From the NCBI GenBank assembly GCA_016186495.1, contig JACPLO010000002.1:6857-70856 (forward strand): a stretch of DNA of 64,000 nt, written 5' to 3'. Shown here one piece after another: positions 30,158 to 38,743 of this stretch (position 1 is the stretch's first letter; every line of letters begins with the position of its first letter). Under the pieces are notes generated by a model that saw nothing but the letters and a program-made list of their open reading frames with translations, was not told the origin of the DNA and made no database searches. The DNA is from Candidatus Niyogibacteria bacterium. Lineage in GTDB: Bacteria; Patescibacteriota; Minisyncoccia; JACROR01. A program made the position numbers and the translations under genes.

Positions 30158-30877
30158 ATGAAAAAACCGCGGCACATTATTTATCATTCACGGATACATC
30201 TTTTAATAACTATCGGAATAATTTTTATTCCTTTTGTTTTTCTTTTACTCTTTTCGCAATATGCAAAAATTAGCACCGCGAAGCTCTTCGCCAATCTTTT
30301 TGTTTCTTTCTTAAGACTGCTCGCCGCATATCTTATCGCGGCTGTACTTGCTTGGACGAGCGCAGTCTTACTTTATCGGGGGCGGCGAGCTCTTGTCGCG
30401 CTTCCTATTTTTGATGTCTTGCAGAGTTTTCCGACTTTCGCGGCCTTGCCGCTCGCAGTTTATCTCTGGGGGCCGTCAGCAATAACCGTTATCGTATTTT
30501 TAATTTTGACTATTATCTGGCCGATTTTTTTCTCGCTTATCAGTTCTTTAAAGCTTATGCGTAAAGATTGGGAAGAAGCCGCGGCCATTGCGGGACTTCG
30601 CGGTTTTGATTATCTTCGCCGGTTTCTCTGGCCAATCAGCCTTCCCGGCCTTATCACCGGGTCAATTATTGGCCTGGGCGAAGGATGGGAAGCTTTGGTT
30701 GCCACGGAAATAATCGTAGCGGCGCGGACCGGACTCGGCAGTTTTTTCTCTCTCTATGCTCAAGACACCTTCATAACTGTGTTTGGAATAATTGGGCTTC
30801 TTCTCTTTATATTCAGCGTTAATAAAATATTTTGGCTTCCGCTTCTTGAGCGAAGCCATCGTTTGATGGAAGAATAA
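30158..30877 (+). CDS. ABC transporter permease (NitT/TauT type)
   Basis: DVLQSFP, EAA loop WEEAAAIAG, WEALVATE. Confidence 0.85.
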   Translation: MKKPRHIIYHSRIHLLITIGIIFIPFVFLLLFSQYAKISTAKLFANLFVSFLRLLAAYLIAAVLAWTSAVLLYRGRRALVALPIFDVLQSFPTFAALPLAVYLWGPSAITVIVFLILTIIWPIFFSLISSLKLMRKDWEEAAAIAGLRGFDYLRRFLWPISLPGLITGSIIGLGEGWEALVATEIIVAARTGLGSFFSLYAQDTFITVFGIIGLLLFIFSVNKIFWLPLLERSHRLMEE

Positions 30878-30890
30878 ATGGAAGAATAAT

Positions 30891-31475
30891 ATGAACTCGA
30901 TTATCTTTTCATATCTTACACATTGGCGAAGTTTGGGGTATGCGCTTGTATTTATCGGGATGATAATTGAAGGAGACATTATTTTGTTTACTTCTTCGTT
31001 TCTTGCGCATCAAGGTTTTTTTAATATCGGCGATTTAATGTTCTTTGCATTGGCCGGCGTATTAATAGGAGATTTACTGTGGTATTTGCTCGGCTGCCTG
31101 ATGGATAATCATATTAATAATAATTCCAATTTATCTTTTGTAGCCCGCTGGATAGCAAGAATCGCGAAGCCGCTTGACGCTCATCTTCTTAATCGTTCAT
31201 ACCGCACTATTTTTATTTCAAAATTTGCATTCGGCTTTCATCATGCGCTCTTAACGCGTTTAGGCATGCTTCGCTTTTCTTGGAAAAAATTTATTAAAAT
31301 TGATTTTATTTCCGCTGTGCCTTGGATGATTATAGTCGGCGGGCTCGGATATTTTTCTGGAGCAGCTTTTTTTGCTTCAAAACATTATCTTCGGTTAGCG
31401 GAAACAGGATTATTAATTACGCTTGTTCTTTTTCTTGCTATTGAACATTTCGTAATAAAGAAACTGAAACTTTGA
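30891..31475 (+). CDS. DedA family membrane protein
   Basis: IEGD, GDLLWYLLG, ISKFAFG. Confidence 0.85.
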   Translation: MNSIIFSYLTHWRSLGYALVFIGMIIEGDIILFTSSFLAHQGFFNIGDLMFFALAGVLIGDLLWYLLGCLMDNHINNNSNLSFVARWIARIAKPLDAHLLNRSYRTIFISKFAFGFHHALLTRLGMLRFSWKKFIKIDFISAVPWMIIVGGLGYFSGAAFFASKHYLRLAETGLLITLVLFLAIEHFVIKKLKL

Positions 31476-31476
31476 T

Positions 31477-32238
31477 ATGAATCCTACGCTCATTTTAAAA
31501 AATATTTCAAAAAATTTTCAGGAAGATCGCGGGCAGAAACTCCCTGTGCTTAAAGGCATTGATCTTGAAATAGCCGCTGGAGAATTTTTCATAATCCTCG
31601 GGCCCTCGGGGTCAGGCAAGTCAACGCTTCTTCGCATTATGAGCGGCCTTGAATCGGAGTATGAAGGAAAAATCGGATACGGCAGCGGCATTACGCCGTC
31701 TGATTTCAGCTTTGTATTTCAGCAATTTGCGCTCTTCCCGTGGCTTACCGTATTTGAAAATATCGCCATCGGGCTCCGAGCGCGGCATACGCCGGAAAAC
31801 ATTATTAAAGAACGGGTAGAAAATGAACTCAAACGGTTTAATCTAAAGCATTTTGCCGATTCTTTCCCAAAAGAATTATCGGGAGGGATGAAACAGCGCG
31901 TTGGCATCGCCCGGGCATTAACAACCGATCCTAAGATTATTTTTATGGACGAACCATTCTCGGAGCTTGATTCTTTCACCGCTGAAGAGCTTCGCAAAGA
32001 ATTTTCGCATATTTGGAAAGGGCGCCAGCTTGTTGAAGCTGGCGCCCGCCAAACCATTATTATGGTGACCCATCTCATAGAGGAAGCGCTGGAGCTTGCT
32101 GACAGAATCGCCGTGCTTACCCCGCGGCCCGGAAAAATAGAAAGGATTATTACGAACACTCTCGCCAAGCCGCGCAATAAACGATCTCCGGAATTCTTTT
32201 GCCTTGAAGATGAGATTTATAAATTAATAAGGCCGTAA
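31477..32238 (+). CDS. ABC transporter ATP-binding protein (NitT/TauT type)
   Basis: GPSGSGKST, LSGGMKQR, MDEPF, VTHLIEEA. Confidence 0.92.
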   Translation: MNPTLILKNISKNFQEDRGQKLPVLKGIDLEIAAGEFFIILGPSGSGKSTLLRIMSGLESEYEGKIGYGSGITPSDFSFVFQQFALFPWLTVFENIAIGLRARHTPENIIKERVENELKRFNLKHFADSFPKELSGGMKQRVGIARALTTDPKIIFMDEPFSELDSFTAEELRKEFSHIWKGRQLVEAGARQTIIMVTHLIEEALELADRIAVLTPRPGKIERIITNTLAKPRNKRSPEFFCLEDEIYKLIRP

Positions 32239-32250
32239 ATTCCGTAATTT

Positions 32251-32934
32251 ATGAAAAAATACATAATTTCAGCCATAATTTTAATTTTGGGCTTAAGCGC
32301 GTATTATTTTATTTATCAGCTAAAAATCGGAGATAATAATATGAAGGAAGCAAACGAAAATTCTAAGGAGGATTTGAATCCCGTTAAAAATAACGAGTTG
32401 AGCGATGTTGAGAATAGCGCCGCGAAACAGCGTAAAATTTCTAACGGGATGAATCCGCGCGCGACGCTGGAAACGAGCATGGGTAATATTACGATAGAAC
32501 TTTATCCTAAAGATGCGCCGAAAACCGTGGCTAATTTTATCGGTTTAGCTAAAAAAGGATATTATAACGGCGTTATTTTTCATCGGGTGGTAAGCGGTTT
32601 TGTCATTCAGGGAGGCGATCCGACCGGCACGGGCGCCGGCGGCAATTCCATTTACGGCGGCGATTTTGAAGACGAACTTGATTTAAATACGGAAAGTTAT
32701 CAGCGCGGATATTTAAAAGGCGCGGTCGCGATGGCTAATCGCGGGCCTGACACTAATTCCAGCCAATTTTTTATTATGCTTGAAGATAAATCTTTGCCTA
32801 AGCTTTACACTATTTTCGGCAAAGTGGCGGAAGGAGATGATGTCGTCCAAAATATCGGCCGGGTGAAAGTAGGCGCTAATGACAAGCCATTGGCGCCGGT
32901 TATCATAAATAAAATTATTGTTGAAGGAAATTAG
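32251..32934 (+). CDS. Cyclophilin-type peptidyl-prolyl isomerase with membrane anchor
   Basis: APKTVANF, FHRVVSGFVIQGGDP, NSSQFFI. Confidence 0.92.
   Translation: MKKYIISAIILILGLSAYYFIYQLKIGDNNMKEANENSKEDLNPVKNNELSDVENSAAKQRKISNGMNPRATLETSMGNITIELYPKDAPKTVANFIGLAKKGYYNGVIFHRVVSGFVIQGGDPTGTGAGGNSIYGGDFEDELDLNTESYQRGYLKGAVAMANRGPDTNSSQFFIMLEDKSLPKLYTIFGKVAEGDDVVQNIGRVKVGANDKPLAPVIINKIIVEGN
32379..32449. mobile_element. Family A element, 71 bp, flanked by TGAA, in frame
   Basis: TGAA tcccgttaaaaat ... atttctaacggga TGAA; 75 nt net. Confidence 0.88.
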
Positions 32935-32938
32935 TCTT

Positions 32939-32955
32939 ATTTCTAACGGGATTGA
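32939..32955. repeat. Orphan right arm of family A element
   Basis: atttctaacggga TTGA. Confidence 0.65.
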
Positions 32956-33014
32956 TTTATTTTTTTTATAATGATATTTTTTAAATAAATAAGTTCATTT
33001 ATATCGGAGGCGAT

Positions 33015-33644
33015 ATGGATACAGGAAAATTCATTGTTTTTGAAGGCGGGGAAGGCTGCGGAAAAAGCACCCAAGCGAATTTACTCTTTGAATGGCTGAA
33101 AAAAAACGGCTATGATGTTTTACTAACCAAAGAACCCGGAGGCGACGAAGGAATTTGCCGAGAGATAAGATCAATTCTGCTTAATAAAAATTATCAAGAA
33201 TCATTTTCCGAAAGAACGGAATTGCTTCTTTTTACGGCGGATCGGGCCCAGCATGTTGATTTTACGATTAAACCGGCTTTAGAGTCCGGAAAGTTCGTGA
33301 TCAGCGATCGTTATGAAGCTTCCACTTTTGCGTATCAATGCGGAGGCCGGAAAATCGAGCCGAAAAATTTTCTATGGTTAAACAGATATGCCGCTAAAGG
33401 GTTGCGTCCGGATTTTACTTTTTGGCTTGATCTTGATCCGAAGATCGGTTTGCGCCGGAATATGAATACGGAAAAGCGCGATCGGTTTGAAACTGAAGAT
33501 GTTATTTTTCACAATCAAGTTCGCGAAGGATTTGTTAATTATTTTCAGGCCATTAATTCTTATTCGTACAAAAAACTGGAAGGACAGTTATCAATTGAAG
33601 AGCTGCATCAATCGGTTTTAACAACAATAAGACAGTTTATCTAA
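33015..33644 (+). CDS. tmk: Thymidylate kinase
   Basis: FEGGEGCGKST, KEPGG, ADRAQH, SDRY. Confidence 0.95.
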   Translation: MDTGKFIVFEGGEGCGKSTQANLLFEWLKKNGYDVLLTKEPGGDEGICREIRSILLNKNYQESFSERTELLLFTADRAQHVDFTIKPALESGKFVISDRYEASTFAYQCGGRKIEPKNFLWLNRYAAKGLRPDFTFWLDLDPKIGLRRNMNTEKRDRFETEDVIFHNQVREGFVNYFQAINSYSYKKLEGQLSIEELHQSVLTTIRQFI

Positions 33645-33661
33645 CTGTCTTATTTTTTTTT
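33626..33661 (+). terminator. Intrinsic terminator after tmk
   Basis: aataagacagtt tatct aactgtcttatt plus T run. Confidence 0.75.
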
Positions 33662-33717
33662 GATCAGAAATTTTTTTTGCTTGTTTTATTATTTTTTGTT
33701 AATTAAAATTAAAAGAT

Positions 33718-34992
33718 ATGACAACTTCTAACGGGGTAAAACAAAATATCGTTATTTTGGGAGCGGGGTTTGCCGGCGTGAGAGCGGCTTTGGATTTAGC
33801 CAGATACCTGCCTTCGGAAGCGAAAATTACCCTGATTGACCGGAATTCTTTCCATTCATACACGCCGGCTTATTACGAAGTGGCGGCCGCTTTTTTGCCG
33901 GAAAAAGAAGAGCTTTCCCGGGAACAATTTGAATTATTGGCTTCAACCGCCGCCATTCCTCTTAAAACTATTTTTGAAAAATATAAAAATGTGGAATTGG
34001 CAATCGGCGAAGTGGCGGATATTTTGCCTGAAAAAAATCAGATTGAGATAAAATCGGGCGGAAAATACCGCTATGATTGGCTGATCATCGCTTTGGGAAG
34101 CGAACAAGATTATTTCGGGTTATCGGAGATCAAAAAATATGTTTATACTTTAAAAAGCCTGGAAGGCGCGCTTAATTTGCGGAACGGCATTGATGAATTA
34201 TTTTGGCGCCGGGCTAAGCATGAAAAAATAAAAATAATAGTGGCGGGCGGCGGATTTTTGGGAAGCGAGATAGCGGCCGAACTTGCCGGTTATGTCAAAA
34301 AACTTAATCGCCAACATTCTCGGCCAAAAGAAAATTGCGAAATAAGCATTATTGAAGGAGGACAGAATGTTTTAGGAAACGCCAGCGAATGGGCGCGGAA
34401 AAAAGCGGCCGGCCGGTTGGAAAAATTGGGCGTAAAAATTTCAACAAACAGTTTAATCAGCAAAGTAACCGAAGAAAAATTGATTTTGAAAGACGGCCAA
34501 ACTGTTTCTTATGATATTTTAATTTGGACAGTCGGCGTTCGGGCTTGCGCGATTACCGGCCAACTGGTCGGCCAAGGGCAAGAATTAAAGGGCAAAGGAT
34601 GCCTGGCCGTTGACCGATATTTGCGCGTCATTCCCTATGAAAATATTTTTGCCGCCGGAGATATTGCTTACGCGTCCGATTACGAAATAAATACTTTTAT
34701 GCCGATGACCGCTCAAGTCGCTATTCTTCACGGCCAATATATCGCTTACACGATAAAAAGAATGATTCGCAAACGCCGCCCGTTCCCTTATTGGCCGCAC
34801 CAAAATAGATTTAGCATCGCGCTTGGCGGAAAATACGCGCTTTTTGACGGAAAGCGGTTTAAATTCTCCGGTTTTTTCGCCTGGCTTTTGAAACATTTGA
34901 CGACTTTAAAATATTTCGCGGGCATTCTTCCTTTTTATCGCGCTTTTTTTATCTGGCAACGGGGTTTTAAGATATATAAAGATAACGATTAA
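33718..34992 (+). CDS. Type II NADH dehydrogenase-like FAD oxidoreductase
   Basis: GAGFAG, GGGFLGSEIAAE, FAAGD, TAQVA. Confidence 0.82.
   Translation: MTTSNGVKQNIVILGAGFAGVRAALDLARYLPSEAKITLIDRNSFHSYTPAYYEVAAAFLPEKEELSREQFELLASTAAIPLKTIFEKYKNVELAIGEVADILPEKNQIEIKSGGKYRYDWLIIALGSEQDYFGLSEIKKYVYTLKSLEGALNLRNGIDELFWRRAKHEKIKIIVAGGGFLGSEIAAELAGYVKKLNRQHSRPKENCEISIIEGGQNVLGNASEWARKKAAGRLEKLGVKISTNSLISKVTEEKLILKDGQTVSYDILIWTVGVRACAITGQLVGQGQELKGKGCLAVDRYLRVIPYENIFAAGDIAYASDYEINTFMPMTAQVAILHGQYIAYTIKRMIRKRRPFPYWPHQNRFSIALGGKYALFDGKRFKFSGFFAWLLKHLTTLKYFAGILPFYRAFFIWQRGFKIYKDND
33723..33740. repeat. Orphan right arm of family A element in NDH-2 N-terminus
   Basis: aacttctaacgggg TAAA; same subterminal sequence as 37516-37535. 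Confidence 0.8.
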
Positions 34993-35055
34993 CCGCGGCC
35001 TTGATTTTTTTTTAAAAAAAGCGAATAATAGAAGTCGTTTAATTTTAATGATGAA

Positions 35056-36270
35056 ATGATAAAAAGGATTTATCTTGATCATGCTGCCGCCACTTATCTG
35101 GATAAGCGCGTCCGGCGGGCAATGAATTCATTTTGGGAAGAAAATTTCGGCAATCCTTCTTCTTTATATAAAGAAGGAAGAAAAGCGAAGAAAGCGCTTG
35201 ATCAGGCGCGGGCGGGCATCGCTTCGCTTATCAACGCGCGGCCGGATGAAATTATTTTTACCGGCAGCGGCACGGAAAGCGATAATTTGGCGATTTTCGG
35301 AATAGCCAAAGCGCTTGGAGTTCCGATTTCCAAGCCAAAAGGGCATATTATCACCACTAAAATAGAACATCACGCGATTTTGAACGCGGTTGAAAATTTA
35401 GAGGAAGAAGGTTTTGAGGCGACTTATCTGAATGTGGATAAAAATGGGCTGGTTGATCCGATTGACGTTAAAAAAGCCCTGCGTCCGGACACCGCGCTGG
35501 TTTCCGTAATATACGCCAATAATGAAATCGGAACTATTCAGCCTATCGCGGAAATTTCCGAAATAATCAAAGAATACCGGAAAAATAAAATGGGAATTCA
35601 GGAAAAAACTCCGTTTTTTCATTCCGATGCCTGCCAAGCCGCGGGTTATTTGGAAATGGACGTTGAAAAATTGGGCGTGGATTTGATGACGGTCAACGGT
35701 TCAAAAATTTATGGCCCAAAAGGGATAGGATTTTTATACGTCAGATCGGGCGTAAAATTAAAACCGATTATTTACGGAGGCGGCCAGGAAAAAGGTTTGC
35801 GTTCAGGAACGGAAAATTTGGCGGCGATCGTTGGTTTGGCCGAGGCCTTTAAAATCGCTCAACAAGAAAGAAAAAAAGAATCGGCGCGCCTGATAAAACT
35901 TCGCGATAAGCTGGCTCAAGGCATTTTAAAAACCATTCCTAAAACCGTTTTGAACGGCCATCCTGAAAAACGTTTGCCCAACAACGTGAATGTTTCTATT
36001 CTTGATATTGAAGGGGAAAGCACTATGCTTTATCTGGACGCTCGCGGCATTGCCGTTTCCACTGGTTCGGCTTGCACTTCACGGAGTTTAGAGCCCTCTC
36101 ATGTCATTTCCGCGCTGGGCCGGCCTTTTGAATATGGCCACAGTTCGCTGCGCCTTACCTTAGGCAGAAAAACCAGCAAAAAGGAGATAGATTATGTTTT
36201 AAAAATTTTGCCGGAAGTGGCGGGGATTTTGAGAAAAATTTCTCCTTTTTTGCTGAAGGCAAAAAAATAA
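35056..36270 (+). CDS. iscS: Cysteine desulfurase (IscS/NifS)
   Basis: YLDHAAAT, GNPSS, SKIYGPKG, STGSAC, EPSHV. Confidence 0.92.
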   Translation: MIKRIYLDHAAATYLDKRVRRAMNSFWEENFGNPSSLYKEGRKAKKALDQARAGIASLINARPDEIIFTGSGTESDNLAIFGIAKALGVPISKPKGHIITTKIEHHAILNAVENLEEEGFEATYLNVDKNGLVDPIDVKKALRPDTALVSVIYANNEIGTIQPIAEISEIIKEYRKNKMGIQEKTPFFHSDACQAAGYLEMDVEKLGVDLMTVNGSKIYGPKGIGFLYVRSGVKLKPIIYGGGQEKGLRSGTENLAAIVGLAEAFKIAQQERKKESARLIKLRDKLAQGILKTIPKTVLNGHPEKRLPNNVNVSILDIEGESTMLYLDARGIAVSTGSACTSRSLEPSHVISALGRPFEYGHSSLRLTLGRKTSKKEIDYVLKILPEVAGILRKISPFLLKAKK

Positions 36271-36279
36271 TAAAGAAAA

Positions 36280-36741
36280 ATGAAGAAGAAAAAAAATAAT
36301 AAAAAATTTAAAAAAGACATTAATGTCGCCAATCAATTCACCGGCGAAGGATGGGTTTATTCGGAGACGGTAAAAAAACATTTTTTTTATCCAAAAAATT
36401 TATTGCTTAAAGATCCGAAACCCGGAGATTTTGACGCGGAAGGAATGGTGGGTTCTCCGGCTTGCGGCGATATGATGAGAATGTGGCTTAAAGTTGATCC
36501 TAAGACTAAACAGATTAAAAAATTAAAATGGCGGACTTTCGGCTGCGCTTCGGCCATTGCTTCCACTTCTATGTTTTCCGTAATGGCGACGGAAAAAGGA
36601 GGAATGACTATAAATGAAGCGCTTAAAATAAAACCGCAGGATATTTTGAAGCGGCTCGGCGGCTTGCCGGAGATTAAAATTCACTGTTCGGTTTTGGCGG
36701 ACCAGGCTTTCCGAAAAACCGTTGAAAATTTACCGCAATAA
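36280..36741 (+). CDS. iscU: Fe-S scaffold protein IscU/NifU-N
   Basis: PACGD, FGCASAIAS, KIHCSVLA. Confidence 0.9.
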   Translation: MKKKKNNKKFKKDINVANQFTGEGWVYSETVKKHFFYPKNLLLKDPKPGDFDAEGMVGSPACGDMMRMWLKVDPKTKQIKKLKWRTFGCASAIASTSMFSVMATEKGGMTINEALKIKPQDILKRLGGLPEIKIHCSVLADQAFRKTVENLPQ

Positions 36742-36798
36742 ATTTGCTTCGCAAAATTAAAAAGACACCGATTGATTAATATGTTAAAATTATAAACG

Positions 36799-37032
36799 AT
36801 GGCGAATAAAAAGATTAAAATAGGCAAAATTTACGTGGATCGCGGCCTCTGCATCGGTTCGGGATCTTGCGCGGCGGTGGCGCCGGAGGTTTTTGCTTTA
36901 GATAAGGAAAATAAAGCCTATGTTTTTAATGAAAAAGGAACGGATGACGAGATGATTTTTTTAGCGGCCCAATCTTGTCCGGTTAAGGCGATTTTTATTT
37001 ATGATGAAAATAGCCGGCAAATTTATCCGTAG
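36799..37032 (+). CDS. Ferredoxin
   Basis: CIGSGSCAAVAP, SCPVKAI. Confidence 0.88.
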   Translation: MANKKIKIGKIYVDRGLCIGSGSCAAVAPEVFALDKENKAYVFNEKGTDDEMIFLAAQSCPVKAIFIYDENSRQIYP

Positions 37033-37088
37033 TTTTTAGAAATTCATTTATTATTTACGATATATCGAAAATAAAAACATTATTATTT

Positions 37089-37433
37089 ATGGAACAAAAA
37101 ATAAATCCCGTTAAAAGTTTTATAGCAAAAAAAGTATTAACTAAAAAGAAAGCCGAAGGCGAATTTGTCGACAAAAGTATGGATAACGACAAGCTCGGCA
37201 GAACTTCTAACGGGATAAAAAAAATTTTAGAAACTGAAATCGCGCCGATGCTCGCGATGCATGGCGGAAGAGTGGAATTTGTCAGTTTTGAAGAGGGGAC
37301 GGTAAAAATTCGGCTTAAAGGCGCTTGCCATGGCTGCGCGCTTTCCGAATTAACCTTGAAAGAAGGCGTGGAAAGAATTCTTAAAGAAAAAATCCGCAAA
37401 ATAAAAAGCGTGGAAAATGTTGAACCCCGTTAG
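37089..37433 (+). CDS. NifU C-terminal (NfuA-like) protein with 38-aa element-derived insertion
   Basis: PMLAMHGG, GACHGC; removing the insert gives MEQKIKKILETEIAP. Confidence 0.85.
   Translation: MEQKINPVKSFIAKKVLTKKKAEGEFVDKSMDNDKLGRTSNGIKKILETEIAPMLAMHGGRVEFVSFEEGTVKIRLKGACHGCALSELTLKEGVERILKEKIRKIKSVENVEPR
37106..37215. mobile_element. Family A element, 110 bp, flanked by TAAA, in frame
   Basis: TAAA tcccgttaaaagtt ... aacttctaacggga TAAA; 114 nt net. Confidence 0.9.
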
Positions 37434-37535
37434 AAGTTCAACCATGCTTTATTATATTAAAATCAAAAGTAAGCAAAGTCGCCTAACGGCTCACTTTAAT
37501 GTAAATTTTTATTATTATGACAACTTCTAATGGGG
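37425..37535. mobile_element. Family A element, 111 bp, flanked by TGAA
   Basis: TGAA ccccgttagaagtt ... aacttctaatgggg TGAA. Confidence 0.88.
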
Positions 37536-38716
37536 TGAATAAATCGCGATCTAAATATATTTATTTTGATTATGCCGCCACTACGCCGGTTGACGCGGAA
37601 GTTTTGTCCGCGATGGAGCCCTATTTCAAGAAAAAATCCGGCAATCCCAGTTCTTTGCATTTAATGGGCCAAGAAGCGAGGCGGGCCGCGGATGATGCGC
37701 GCGAACAAATGAAAAATTTTTTAAATGCTTCGTCTCTTCGGGAAATTATTTTTACCGGCTCCGCGACCGAAGCCAATAATTTGGCGATTTTTGGCGTGAT
37801 TAAAGCGATGAGATATTGGCCGGCTAAATTGCCGCATATTATCACCACGGCGATTGAACATAAATCAGCGTTGGCGCCATGCCAAGAATTGGAAAAAAAG
37901 GGGGAAGCAGAAGTCACTTATTTAAAACCAAACAAAGAAGGGTTTATTAATGCTGAAGAATTAAGGCAAGCCCTGCGTCCGGATACCGCACTGGTTTCCG
38001 TAATGTACGTCAACAATGAAATCGGGACTATTCAGCCCATCGCGGAAATTTCCGAAATAATCAAAGAATACCGGAAAAATAATTTAAAAATAACTCCGTT
38101 TTTTCATTGCGACGCCGTTCAAGCGGCCGGATTTTTGGACATGGACGCGCAAAAATTAGGCGTGGATTTGATGGTTGTTTCCGGTCATAAGATTTATGGG
38201 CCAAAAGGCATTGGCGCGTTGTATGTCCGGGAAGGCGTGAAAATTCAACCCTTGGCTTACGGCGGAGAACAGGAATACGGAATAAGGCCCGGCACGGAAG
38301 CCGTGTCTTTAATCGTCGGTTTAGGCAAAGCAGCGGAAATAACCGCCAGATGGAAATTTGATAAAAATAATCTGGAAAAAATTTTAAAGTTGAGAAATTA
38401 TTTGATTGACGAATTGTTAAAAATCCCGGGAATCCAGTTAAACGGCTCGCGTGAAAATCGTTTGCCTAATAACGCAAATATCGCTTTAACCGGCTATAAT
38501 ATGGATTCTTTGCTGATTAATCTTTTTGAAAAAGGAATCTGCGTTTCTTCCGGCGCGGCTTGCGGCGCCAGAGGGCGTAACCCTTCGTATGTTATTTTTG
38601 CGATCAGCGGCGACCGGAAACGGGCGATTTCCAGTTTGCGCATTACTTTAGGGCGGGAAACAAACAAAAAAGAAATAGATTTATTTTTAGAAAAATTGAT
38701 TGGCACTCTTGCATAA
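37517..38716 (+). CDS. Second cysteine desulfurase
   Basis: YFDYAATTP, GNPSS, SGHKIYGPKG, SSGAAC. Confidence 0.9.
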   Translation: MTTSNGVNKSRSKYIYFDYAATTPVDAEVLSAMEPYFKKKSGNPSSLHLMGQEARRAADDAREQMKNFLNASSLREIIFTGSATEANNLAIFGVIKAMRYWPAKLPHIITTAIEHKSALAPCQELEKKGEAEVTYLKPNKEGFINAEELRQALRPDTALVSVMYVNNEIGTIQPIAEISEIIKEYRKNNLKITPFFHCDAVQAAGFLDMDAQKLGVDLMVVSGHKIYGPKGIGALYVREGVKIQPLAYGGEQEYGIRPGTEAVSLIVGLGKAAEITARWKFDKNNLEKILKLRNYLIDELLKIPGIQLNGSRENRLPNNANIALTGYNMDSLLINLFEKGICVSSGAACGARGRNPSYVIFAISGDRKRAISSLRITLGRETNKKEIDLFLEKLIGTLA

Positions 38717-38726
38717 AGACTGCCAA
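38700..38726. promoter_or_regulatory. CIRCE (HrcA operator) overlapping the htrA promoter -35
   Basis: TTGGCACTC-N9-GACTGCCAA versus consensus TTAGCACTC-N9-GAGTGCTAA; TTGCAT-17-TAAAAT. Confidence 0.8.
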
Positions 38727-38743
38727 TTTGTTAAAATATTAAA

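Noticed and set aside
35474-38082. Diversity-generating retroelement TR/VR pair
   Set aside because: Mismatches are not adenine-specific, both copies are homologous parts of paralogues, and there is no reverse transcriptase.
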